Shown here piece after piece: positions 27,480 to 40,900 of a stretch of 64,000 nucleotides of DNA. Made by a program: the position numbers and the translations under genes. The number at the start of each line of letters is the position of its first letter. Positions within the stretch are counted from its first letter, which is position 1. Under the pieces are notes generated by a model. It was not told the origin of the DNA. It did not search any database and saw only the letters and a program-made list of their open reading frames with translations. Source of the DNA: Azolla caroliniana (Eukaryota; Plantae; Polypodiophyta); NCBI GenBank assembly GCA_043228905.1, contig JBHGNT010000044.1, forward strand, positions 144,168-208,167, in the 5' to 3' direction.

Positions 27480-28305
27480 ACATGATGAAAATAGAAAACT
27501 TGAGGAGGGAGTTGAGAGGAGCCCTTGAGTAAATTAAAATGTTCATACCTCGCTCGTGTGATATCGGATTTTTGTGTTCAAACATGCGAATCGAAGCTAA
27601 CAACGCTAGCTATGATATGAAATTAAAAAATCAAGATTTTGAAACTCGGGTCGAGAGACATGAAGAAATTAGCAAACTTGAGGAGGGAGTTGAGAAGACC
27701 TAGTAGGGAGGGAGTTGAGAGGAGACATGAAGAAATTAGCAAACTTGAGGAGGGAGTTGAGAGGAGCCCTTGAGTAAATTAAAATGTTCATACCTGGCTC
27801 GTGTGATATCGGATTTTTGTGTTCAAACATGCGAATCGAAGCTAACAATGCTAGCTACGATATGGAATTAAAAAATCAAGATTTTGAAACTCAGGACGAG
27901 AGACATGATGAAAATAGAAAACTTGGGGAGGGAGTTGAGAGGAGCCCTTGAGTAAATTAAAATGTTCATACCTCGCTCGTGTGATATCGGATTTTTGTGT
28001 TCAAACATGCGAATCGAAGCTAACAACGCTAGCTATGATATGAAATTAAAAAATCAAGATTTTGAAACTCGGGTCGAGAGACATGAAGAAATTAGCAAAC
28101 TTGAGGAGTGAGTTGAGAAGACCTAGTAGGGAGGGAGTTGAGAGGAGACATGAAGAAATTAGCAAACTTGAGGGAGTTGAGAGGAGCCCTTGAGTAAATT
28201 AAAATGTTCATACCTGGCTCGTGTGATATCGGATTTTTGTGTTCAAACATGCGAATCGAAGCTAACAATGCTAGCTACGATATGGAATTAAAAAATCAAG
28301 ATTTT
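27480..28305. repeat. Tandem duplication of a 423-bp unit (two monomers plus a 67-bp rearranged fragment)
   Basis: The aberrant junction TAGTAGG-GAGGGAGTTGAGAGGAGAC-ATGAAG occurs at 27701 and 28124; offset 423 = 2x178+67. Confidence 0.88.
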
Positions 28306-31300
28306 CAAACTCAGGTCGAGAGACATGATGAAAATAGAAAACTTGAGGAGGGAGTTGAGAGGAGCCCTTGAAGAAATTAAAATGTTCATACCTCGCTCGT
28401 GTGATATCGGATTTTTGTGTTCAAACATGCGAATCGAAGCTAACAACGCTAGCTATGATATGAAATTAAAAAATCAAGATTTTGAAACTCGGGTCGAGAG
28501 ACATGAAGAAATTAGCAAACTTTAGGAGGGAGTTGAGAAGAGCTATTAGGTAAATTAAAATGTTCATACCTGGCTCACGTGATATCGGATTTTTGTATTC
28601 AAACATGCGAATCGAAGCTCACAACGCTAGCTATGATATGGAATTAAAAAATCAAGATTTTGAAACTCGGGTCGAGAGACATGAAGAAATTAGCAAACTT
28701 GAGGAGTCAGTTGACAAGACTTAGTAGGTAAATTAAAATGTTCATACCTGGCTCGTGTGATATCGGATTTTTGTATTCAAACATGCGAATCGAAGCTAAC
28801 AACGCTAGCTATGATATGGAATTAAAAAATCAAGATTTTGAAACTCAGGTCGAGAGACATGATGAAAATAGAAAACTTGAGGAGGGAGTTGAGAGGAGCC
28901 CTTGAGTAAATTAAAATGTTCATACCTGGCTCGTGTGATATCGGATTTTTGTGTTCAAACATGCGAATCGAAGCTAACAACGCTAGCTATGATATGGAAT
29001 TAAAAAATCAAGATTTTGACACTCAGATTGAGAGACATGAAGAAATTAGCAAACATGAGGAGGGAGTTGAGAGGAGCCCTTGAGTAAATTAAAATGTTCA
29101 TACCTGGCTCGTGTGATATCGGATTTTTGTGTTCAAACATGCAAATCGAAGCTAGCAACGCTAGCTATGATCTACAATTAAAAAATCAAGATTTTGAAAC
29201 TGAGGTCAAGAGACATGAAGAAATTAGCAAACTTGAGGAGGGAGTTGAGAGGAGCCCTTGAGTAAATTAAAATGTTCATACCTGGCTCGTGTGATATCGG
29301 ACTTTTGTATTCAAACATGCGAATCGAAGCTCACAACGCTAGCTATGATATATAATTAAAAAATCAAGATTTTAAAACTCGGGTCGAGAGACATGAAGAA
29401 ATTAGCAAACTTGAGGAGTGAGTTGACAAGACTTAGTAGGTAAATTAAAATGTTCATACCTGGCTCGTGTGATATCGGATTTTTGTATTCAAACATGCGA
29501 ATCGAAGCTAACAACGCTAGCTATGATATGGAATTAAAAAATCAAGATTTTGAAACTCGGGTCGAGAGACATGAAGAAATTAGCAAACTTGAGGAGTGAG
29601 TTGAGAAGACCTAGTAGGTAAATTAAAATGTTCATACCTGGCTCGTGTGATATCGGATTTTTGTGTTCAAATATGCGAATCGAAGCTAACAACGCTAGCT
29701 ATGATATGGAATTAAAAAATCAAGATTTTGAAACTCGGGTCGAGAGACATGAAGAAATTAGCAAACTTGAGGAGTGAGTTGAGAAGACCTAGTAGGTAAA
29801 TTAAAATGTTCATACCTGGCTCGTGTGATATCGTATTTTTGTGTTCAAACATGCGATTCAAAGCTAACAACGCTCGCTATAATTTGGAATTAAAAATAAA
29901 GATTTTGAAACTCAGGTCGAGAGACATGATGAAAATAGAAAACTTGAGGAGGGAGTTGAGAGGAGCCCTTGAGTAAATTAAAATGTTCATACCTCGCTCG
30001 TGTGATATCGGATTTTTGTGTTCAAACATGCGAATCGAAGCTAACAACGCTAGCTATGATATGGAATTAAAAAATCAAGATTTTGAAACTCGGGTCGAGA
30101 GACATGAAGAAATTAGCAAACTTGAGGAGTGAGTTGAGAAGACCTAGTAGGTAAATTAAAATGTTCATACCTGGCTCGTGTGATATCGGATTTTTGTGTT
30201 CAAACATGCGAATCGAAGCTAACAACGCTAGCTATGATATGGAATTAAAAAATCAAGATTTTGAAACTCGGGTCGAGAGACATGAAGAAATTAGCAAACT
30301 TGAGGAGTGAGTTGAGAAGACCTAGTAGGTAAATTAAAATGTTCATACCTGGCTCGTGTGATATCGTACTATTGTATTCAAACATGCGATTCAAAGCTAA
30401 CAACGCTAGCTATAATTTGGAATTAAAAATCAAGATTTTGAAACTCAGGTCGAGAGACATGATGAAAATAGAAAACTTGAGGAGGGAGTTGAGAGGAGCC
30501 CTTGAAGAAATTAAAATGTTCATACCTCGCTCGTGTGATATCGGATTTTTGTGTTCAAACATGCGAATCGAAGCTAACAACGCTAGCTATGATATGGAAT
30601 TAAAAAATCAAGATTTTGAAACTCGGGTCGAGAGACATGAAGAAATTAGCAAACTTGAGGAGGGAGTTGAGAAGAGCTATTAGGTAAATTAAAATGTTCA
30701 TACCTGGCTCGTGTGATATCGGATTTTTGTATTCAAACATGCGAATCGAAGCTCTCAACGCTAGCTATGATATGCAATTAAAAAATCAAGATTTTGAAAC
30801 TCGGGTCGAGAGACATGAAGAAATTAGCAAACTTGAGGAGTGAGTTGACAAGACTTAGTAGGTAAATTAAAATGTTCATACCTGGCTCGTGTGATATCGG
30901 AGTTTTGTGTTCAAACATGCGAATCGAAGCTAACAACGCTAGCTATGATATGGGATTACAAAACCAAGATTTTGAAACTCAGGTCAAGAGACATGAAGAA
31001 ATTAGCAAACTTGAGGAGGGAGTTGAGAGGAGCCCTTGAGTAAATTAAAATGTTCATACCTGGCTCGTGTGATATCGGATTTTTGTGTTCAAACATGCGA
31101 ATCGAAGCTAACAACGCTAGCTATGATATGGAATTAAAAAATCAAGATTTTGAAACTCAGGTCAAGAGACATTAAGAAATTAGCAAACTTGAGGAGGGAG
31201 TTGAGAGGAGTCCTTGAGTAAATTAAAATGTTCATACCTGGGTCGTGTGATATCGGATTTTTGTGTTCAAACATGCGAATCGAAGCTAACAACGCTAGCT

Positions 31301-34300
31301 ATGATCTGGAATTAAAAAATCAAGATTTTGAAACTCGGGTCGAGAGACATGAAGAAATTAGCAAACTTGAGGAGTGAGTTGAGAAGACCTAGTAGGTAAA
31401 TTAAAATGTTCATACCTGGCTGCTGTGATATCGGATTTTTGTGTTCAAACATGCCAATCGAAGCTAACAACGCTAGCTATTATTTGGAATTAAAAAATCA
31501 AGATTTTGAAACTCAGGTCGAGAGACATGATGAAAATAGAAAACTTGAGGAGGGAGTTGAGAGGAGCCCTTGAAGAAATTAAAATGTTCATACCTCGCTC
31601 GTGTGATATCGGATTTTTGTGTTCAAACATGTAAATCGAAGCTAACAACGCTAGCTATGATATGAAATTAAAAAATCAAGATTTTGAAACTCGGGTCGAG
31701 AGACATGAAGAAATTAGCAAACTTGAGGAGGGAGTTGAGAAGAGCTATTAGGTAAATTAAAATGTTCATACCTGGCTCGTGTGATATCGGATTTTTGTAT
31801 TCAAACATGCGAATCGAAGCTCACAACGCTAGCTATGATATATAATTAAAAAATCAAGATTTTGAAACTCGGGTCGAGAGACATGAAGAAATTAGCAAAC
31901 TTGAGGAGTGAGTTGACAAGACTTAGTAGGTAAATTAAAATGTTCATACCTGGCTCGTGTGATATCGGATTTTTGTATTCAAACATGCGAATCGAAGCTA
32001 CCAACGCTAGCTATGATATGGAATTAAAAAATCAAGATTTTGAAACTCGGGTCGAGAGACATGAAGAAATTAGCAAACTTGAGGAGTGAGTTGAGAAGAC
32101 CTAGTAGGTAAATTAAAATGTTCATACCTGGCTCGTGTGATATCGGATTTTTCTGTTCAAATATGCGAATCGAAGCTAACAACGCTAGCTATGATATGCA
32201 ATTAAAAAATCAAGATTTTGAAACTCGGGTCGAGAGACATGAAGAAATTAGCAAACTTGAGGAGTGAGTTGACAAGACTTAGTAGGTAAATTAAAATGTT
32301 CATACCTGGCTCGTGTGATATCGGATTTTTGTATTCAAACATGCGAATCGAAGCTAACAACGCTAGCTATGATATGGAATTAAAAAATCAAGATTTTGAA
32401 ACTCGGGTCGAGAGACATGAAGAAATTAGCAAACTTGAGGAGTGAGTTGACAAGACTTAGTAGGTAAATTAAAATGTTCATACCTGGCTCGTGTGATATC
32501 GGAGTTTTGTGTTCAAACATGCGAATCGAAGCTAACAACGCTAGCTATGATATGGGATTAAAAAACCAAGATTTTGAAACTCAGGTCAAGAGACATGAAG
32601 AAATTAGCAAACTTGAGGAGGGAGTTGAGAGGAGCCCTTGAGTAAATTAAAATGTTCATACCTGGCTCGTGTGATAGCGGATTTTTGTGTTCAAACATGC
32701 GAATCGAAGCTAACAACGCTAGCTATGATATGGAATTAAAAAATCAAGATTTTGAAACTCAGGTCAAGAGACATTAAGAAATTAGCAAACTTGAGGAGGG
32801 AGTTGAGAGGAGCCCTTGAGTAAATTAAAATGTTCATACCTGGGTCGTGTGATATCGGATTTTTGTGTTCAAACATGCGAATCGAAGCTAACAACGCTAG
32901 CTATGATCTGGAATTAAAAAATCAAGATTTTGAAACTCGGGTCGAGAGACATGAAGAAATTAGCAAACTTGAGGAGTGAGTTGAGAAGACCTAGTAGGTA
33001 AATTAAAATGTTCATACCTGGCTGCTGTGATATCGGATTTTTGTGTTCAAACATGCCAATCGAAGCTAACAACGCTAGCTATTATTTGGAATTAAAAAAT
33101 CAAGATTTTGAAACTCAGGTCGAGAGACATGATGAAAATAGAAAACTTGAGGAGGGAGTTGAGAGGAGCCCTTGAAGAAATTAAAATGTTCATACCTCGC
33201 TCGTGTGATATCGGATTTTTGTGTTCAAACATGCGAATCGAAGCTAACAACGCTAGCTATGATATGAAATTAAAAAATCAAGATTTTGAAACTCGGGTCG
33301 AGAGACATGAAGAAATTAGCAAACTTGAGGAGGGAGTTGAGAAGAGCTATTAGGTAAATTAAAATGTTCATACCTGGCTCGTGTGATATCGGATTTTTGT
33401 ATTCAAACATGCGAATCGAAGCTCACAACGCTAGCTATGATATATAATTAAAAAATCAAGATTTTGAAACTCGGGTCGAGAGACATGAAGAAATTAGCAA
33501 ACTTGAGGAGTGAGTTGACAAGACTTAGTAGGTAAATTAAAATGTTCATACCTGGCTCGTGTGATATCGTACTATTGTATTCAAACATGCGATTCAAAGC
33601 TAACAACGCTAGCTATAATTTGGAATTAAAAATCAAGATTTTGAAACTCAGGTCGAGAGACATGATGAAAATAGAAAACTTGAGGAGGGAGTTGAGAGGA
33701 GCCCTTGAAGAAATTAAAATGTTCATACCTCGCTCGTGTGATATCGGATTTTTGTGTTCAAACATGCGAATCGAAGCTAACAACGCTAGCTATGATATGG
33801 AATTAAAAAATCAAGATTTTGAAACTCGGGTCGAGAGACATGAAGAAATTAGCAAACTTGAGGAGGGAGTTGAGAAGAGCTATTAGGTAAATTAAAATGT
33901 TCATACCTGGCTCGTGTGATATCGGATTTTTGTATTCAAACATGCGAATCGAAGCTCTCAACGCTAGCTATGATATGTAATTAAAAAATCAAGATTTTGA
34001 AACTCGGGTCGAGAGACATGAAGAAATTAGCAAACTTGAGGAGTGAGTTGACAAGACTTAGTAGGTAAATTAAAATGTTCATACCTGGGTCGTGTGATAT
34101 CGGATTTTTGTGTTCAAACATGTGAATCGAAGCTAACAACGCTAGCTATGATATGAAATTAAAAAATCAAGATTTTGAAACTCGGGTCGAGAGACATGAA
34201 GAAATTAGCAAACTTGAGGAGGGAGTTGAGAAGAGCTATTAGGTAAATTAAAATGTTCATACCTGGCTCGTGTGATATCGGATTTTTGTATTCAAACATG

Positions 34301-34977
34301 CGAATCGAAGCTCACAACGCTAGCTATGATATATAATTAAAAAATCAAGATTTTGAAACTCGGGTCGAGAGACATGAAGAAATTAGCAAACTTGAGGAGT
34401 GAGTTGACAAGACTTAGTAGGTAAATTAAAATGTTCATACCTGGCTCGTGTGATATCGGATTTTTGTATTCAAACATGCGAATCGAAGCTACCAACGCTA
34501 GCTATGATATGGAATTAAAAAATCAAGATTTTGAAACTCGGGTCGAGAGACATGAAGAAATTAGCAAACTTGAGGAGTGAGTTGAGAAGACCTAGTAGGT
34601 AAATTAAAATGTTCATACCTGGCTCGTGTGATATCGGATTTTTCTGTTCAAATATGCGAATCGAAGCTAACAACGCTAGCTATGATATGCAATTAAAAAA
34701 TCAAGATTTTGAAACTCGGGTCGAGAGACATGAAGAAATTAGCAAACTTGAGGAGTGAGTTGACAAGACTTAGTAGGTAAATTAAAATGTTCATACCTGG
34801 CTCGTGTGATATCGGATTTTTGTGTTCAAATATGCGAATCGAAGCTAACAACGCTAGCTATGATATGGAATTAAAAAATCAAGATTTTGAAACTCGGGTC
34901 GAGAGACATGAAGAAATTAGCAAACTTGAGGAGTGAGTTGACAAGACTTAGTAGGTAAATTAAAATGTTCATACCTG

Positions 34978-37900
34978 GCTCGTGTGATATCGGAGTTTTG
35001 TGTTCAAACATGCGAATCGAAGCTAACAACGCTAGCTATGATATGGGATTACAAAACCAAGATTTTGAAACTCAGGTCAAGAGACATGAAGAAATTAGCA
35101 AACTTGAGGAGGGAGTTGAGATGAGCCCTTGAGTAAATTAAAATGTTCATACCTGGCTCGTGTGATATCGGATTTTTGTGTTCAAACATGCGAATCGAAG
35201 CTAACAACGCTAGCTATGATATGGAATTAAAAAATCAAGATTTTGAAACTCAGGTCAAGAGACATTAAGAAATTAGCAAACTTGAGGAGGGAGTTGAGAG
35301 GAGCCCTTGAGTAAATTAAAATGTTCATACCTGGGTCGTGTGATATCGGATTTTTGTGTTCAAACATACGAATCGAAGCTAACAACGCTAGCTATGATCT
35401 GGAATTAAAAAATCAAGATTTTGAAACTCGGGTCGAGAGACATGAAGAAATTAGCAAACTTGAGGAGTGAGTTGAGAAGACCTAGTAGGTAAATTAAAAT
35501 GTTCATACCTGGCTGCTGTGATATCGGATTTCTGTGTTCAAACATGCGAATCGAAGCTAACAACGCTAGCTATTATTTGGAATTAAAAAATCAAGATTTT
35601 GAAACTCAGGTCGAGAGACATGATGAAAATAGAAAACTTGAGGAGGGAGTTGAGAGGAGCCCTTGAAGAAATTAAAATGTTCATACCTCGCTCGTGTGAT
35701 ATCGGATTTTTGTGTTCAAACATGTGAATCGAAGCTAACAACGCTAGCTATGATATGAAATTAAAAAATCAAGATTTTGAAACTCGGGTCGAGAGACATG
35801 AAGAAATTAGCAAACTTGAGGAGGGAGTTGAGAAGAGCTATTAGGTAAATTAAAATGTTCATACCTGGCTCGTGTGATATCGGATTTTTGTATTCAAACA
35901 TGCGAATCGAAGCTCACAACGCTAGCTATGATATATAATTAAAAAATCAAGATTTTGAAACTCGGGTCGAGAGACATGAAGAAATTAGCAAACTTGAGGA
36001 GTGAGTTGACAAGACTTAGTAGGTAAATTAAAATGTTCATACCTGGCTCGTGTGATATCGGATTTTTGTATTGAAACATGCGAATCGAAGCTAACAACGC
36101 TAGCTATGATATGGAATTAAAAAATCAAGATTTTGAAACTCGGGTCGAGAGACATGAAGAAATTAGCAAACTTGAGGAGTGAGTTGAGAAGACCTAGTAG
36201 GTAAATTAAAATGTTCATACCTGGCTCGTGTGATATCGGACTTTTGTATTCAAACATGCGAATCGAAGCTCACAACGCTAGCTATGATATATAATTAAAA
36301 AATCAAGATTTTAAAACTCGGGTCGAGAGACATGAAGAAATTAGCAAACTTGAGGAGTGAGTTGACAAGACTTAGTAGGTAAATTAAAATGTTCATACCT
36401 GGCTCGTGTGATATCGGATTTTTGTGTTCAAACATGCGAATCGAAGCTAACAACGCTAGCTATGATATGGAATTAAAAAATCAAGATTTTGAAACTCGGG
36501 TCGAGAGACATGAAGAAATTAGCAAACTTGAGGAGTGAGTTGAGAAGACCTAGTAGGTAAATTAAAATGTTCATGCCTGGCTCGTGTGATATCGGATTTT
36601 TGTGTTCAAATATGCGAATCGAAGCTAACAACGCTAGCTATGATATGGAATTAAAAAATCAAGATTTTGAAACTCGGGTCGAGAGACATGAAGAAATTAG
36701 CAAACTTGAGGAGTGAGTTGAGAAGACCTAGTAGGTAAATTAAAATGTTCATACCTGGCTCGTGTGATATCGTATTTTTGTGTTCAAACATGCGATTCAA
36801 AGCTAACAACGCTCGCTATAATTTGGAATTAAAAATAAAGATTTTGAAACTCAGGTCGAGAGACATGATGAAAATAGAAAACTTGAGGAGGGAGTTGAGA
36901 GGAGCCCTTGAGTAAATTAAAATGTTCATACCTCGCTCGTGTGATATCGGATTTTTGTGTTCAAACATGCGAATCGAAGCTAACAACGCTAGCTATGATA
37001 TGGAATTAAAAAATCAAGATTTTGAAACTCGGGTCGAGAGACATGAAGAAATTAGCAAACTTGAGGAGTGAGTTGACAAGACTTAGTAGGTAAATTAAAA
37101 TGTTCATACCTGGCTCGTGTGATATCGGAGTTTTGTGTTCAAACATGCGAATCGAAGCTAACAACGCTAGCTATGATATGGGATTAAAAAACCAAGATTT
37201 TGAAACTCAGGTCAAGAGACATGAAGAAATTAGCAAACTTGAGGAGGGAGTTGAGAGGAGCCCTTGAGTAAATTAAAATGTTCATACCTGGCTCGTGTGA
37301 TATCGTACTATTGTATTCAAACATGCGATTCAAAGCTAACAACGCTAGCTATAATTTGGAATTAAAAATCAAGATTTTGAAACTCAGGTCGAGAGACATG
37401 ATGAAAATAGAAAACTTGAGGAGGGAGTTGAGAGGAGCCCTTGAAGAAATTAAAATGTTCATACCTCGCTCGTGTGATATCGGATTTTTGTGTTCAAACA
37501 TGCGAATCGAAGCTAACAACGCTAGCTATGATATGGAATTAAAAAATCAAGATTTTGAAACTCGGGTCGAGAGACATGAAGAAATTAGCAAACTTGAGGA
37601 GGGAGTTGAGAAGAGCTATTAGGTAAATTAAAATGTTCATACCTGGCTCGTGTGATATCGGATTTTTGTATTCAAACATGCGAATCGAAGCTCTCAACGC
37701 TAGCTATGATATGTAATTGAAAAATCAAGATTTTGAAACTCGGGTCGAGAGACATGAAGAAATTAGCAAACTTGAGGAGTGAGTTGACAAGACTTAGTAG
37801 GTAAATTCAAATGTTCATACCTGGCTCGTGTGATATCGGAGTTTTGTGTTCAAACATGCGAATCGAAGCTAACAACGCTAGCTATGATATGGGATTAAAA

Positions 37901-40900
37901 AACCAAGATTTTGAAACTCAGGTCAAGAGACATGAAGAAATTAGCAAACTTGAGGAGGGAGTTGAGAGGAGCCCTGGAGTAAATTAAAATGTTCATACCT
38001 GGCTCGTGTGATATCGGATTTTTGTGTTCAAACATGCGAATCGAAGCTAACAACGCTAGCTATGATATGGAATTAAAAAATCAAGATTTTGAAACTCGGG
38101 TCGAGAGACATGAAGAAATTAGCAAACTTGAGGAGTGAGTTGAGAAGACCTAGTAGGTAAATTAAAATGTTCATACCTGGCTCGTGTGATATCGTACTAT
38201 TGTATTCAAACATGCGATTCAAAGCTAACAACGCTAGCTATAATTTGGAATTAAAAATCAAGATTTTGAAACTCAGGTCGAGAGACATGATGAAAATAGA
38301 AAACTTGAGGAGGGAGTTGAGAGGAGCCCTTGAAGAAATTAAAATGTTCATACCTCGCTCGTGTGATATCGGATTTTTGTGTTCAAACATGCGAATCGAA
38401 GCTAACAACGCTAGCTATGATATGGAATTAAAAAATCAAGATTTTGAAACTCGGGTCGAGAGACATGAAGAAATTAGCAAACTTGAGGAGGGAGTTGAGA
38501 AGAGCTATTAGGTAAATTAAAATGTTCATACCTGGCTCGTGTGATATCGGATTTTTGTATTCAAACATGCGAATCGAAGCTCTCAACGCTAGCTATGATA
38601 TGTAATTAAAAAATCAAGATTTTGAAACTCGGGTCGAGAGACATGAAGAAATTAGCAAACTTGAGGAGTGAGTTGAGAAGAGTTAGTAGGTAAATTAAAA
38701 TGTTCATACCTGGCTCGTGTGATATCGGAGTTTTGTGTTCAAACATGCGAATCGAAGCTAACAACGCTAGCTATGATATGGGATTAAAAAACCAAGATTT
38801 TGAAACTCAGGTCAAGAGACATGAAGAAATTAGCAAACTTGAGGAGGGAGTTGAGAGGAGCCCTTGAGTAAATTAAAATGTTCATACCTGGCTCGTGTGA
38901 TATCGGATTTTTGTGTTCAAACATGCGAATCGAAGCTAACAACGCTAGCTATGATATGGAATTAAAAAATCAAGATTTTGAAACTCAGGTCAAGAGACAT
39001 GAAGAAATTAGCAAACTTGAGGAGGGAGTTGAGAGGAGCCCTTGAGTAAATTAAAATGTTCATACCTGGGTCGTGTGATATCGGATTTTTGTGTTCAAAC
39101 ATGCGAATCGAATCTAACAAAGCTAGCTATGATCTGGAATTAAAAAATCAAGATTTTGAAACTCGGGTCGAGAGACATGAAGAAATTAGCAAACTTGAGG
39201 AGTGAGTTGAGAAGACCTAGTAGGTAAATTAAAATGTTCATACCTGGCTCGTGTGATATCGTACTATTGTATTCAAACATGCGATTCAAAGCTAACAACG
39301 CTAGCTATAATTTGGAATTAAAAATCAAGATTTTGAAACTCAGGTCGAGAGACATGATGAAAATAGAAAACTTGAGGAGGGAGTTGAGAGGAGCCCTTGA
39401 AGAAATTAAAATGTTCATACCTCGCTCGTGTGATATCGGATTTTTGTGTTCAAACATGCGAATCGAAGCTAACAACGCTAGTTATGATATGGAATTAAAA
39501 AATCAAGATTTTGAAACTCGGGTCGAGAGACATGAAGAAATTAGCAAACTTGAGGAGGGAGTTGAGAAGAGCTATTAGGTAAATTAAAATGTTCATACCT
39601 GGCTCGTGTGATATCGGATTTTTGTATTCAAACATGCGAATCGAAGCTCTCAACGCTAGCTATGATATGCAATTAAAAAATCAAGATTTTGAAACTCGGG
39701 TCGAGAGACATGAAGAAATTAGCAAACTTGAGGAGTGAGTTGACAAGACTTAGTAGGTAAATTAAAATGTTCATACCTGGCTGCTGTGATATCGGATTTC
39801 TGTGTTCAAACATGCGAATCGAAGCTAACAACGCTAGCTATTATTTGGAATTAAAAAATCAAGATTTTGAAACTCAGGTCAAGAGACATGAAGAAATTAG
39901 CAAACTTGAGGAGGGAGTTGAGAGGAGCCCTTGAGTAAATTAAAATGTTCATACCTGGCTCGTGTGATAGCGGATTTTTGTGTTCAAACATGCGAATCGA
40001 AGCTAACAACGCTAGCTATGATATGGAATTAAAAAATCAAGATTTTGAAACTCAGGTCAAGAGACATTAAGAAATTAGCAAACTTGAGGAGGGAGTTGAG
40101 AGGAGCCCTTGAGTAAATTAAAATGTTCATACCTGGGTCGTGTGATATCGGATTTTTGTGTTCAAACATGCGAATCGAAGCTAACAACGCTAGCTATGAT
40201 CTGGAATTAAAAAATCAAGATTTTGAAACTCGGGTCGAGAGACATGAAGAAATTAGCAAACTTGAGGAGTGAGTTGAGAAGACCTAGTAGGTAAATTAAA
40301 ATGTTCATACCTGGCTGCTGTGATATCGGATTTTTGTGTTCAAACATGCCAATCGAAGCTAACAACGCTAGCTATTATTTGAAATTAAAAAATCAAGATT
40401 TTGAAACTCAGGTCGAGAGACATGATGAAAATAGAAAACTTGAGGAGGGAGTTGAGAGGAGCCCTTGAAGAAATTAAAATGTTCATACCTCGCTCGTGTG
40501 ATATCGGAGTTTTGTGTTCAAACATGCGAATCGAAGCTAACAACGCTAGCTATGATATGGGATTACAAAACCAAGATTTTGAAACTCAGGTCAAGAGACA
40601 TGAAGAAATTAGCAAACTTGAGGAGGGAGTTGAGATGAGCCCTTGAGTAAATTAAAATGTTCATACCTGGCTCGTGTGATATCGGATTTTTGTGTTCAAA
40701 CATGCGAATCGAAGCTAACAACGCTAGCTATGATATGGAATTAAAAAATCAAGATTTTGAAACTCAGGTCAAGAGACATTAAGAAATTAGCAAACTTGAG
40801 GAGGGAGTTGAGAGGAGCCCTTGAGTAAATTAAAATGTTCATACCTGGGTCGTGTGATATCGGATTTTTGTGTTCAAACATACGAATCGAAGCTAACAAC

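Larger units (their letters stand above)
1..28500. repeat. Divergent satellite domain with many private SNPs, 179-bp monomers and truncated monomers
   Basis: Many singleton variants, 7-A tracts (e.g. about 8955, 10178, 10713) and all the multi-base indels seen (6385, 9876, 12873, 13023, 14668, 19710, 24796, 27707, 28130). The boundary is gradual, about 24-30 kb. Confidence 0.8.
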
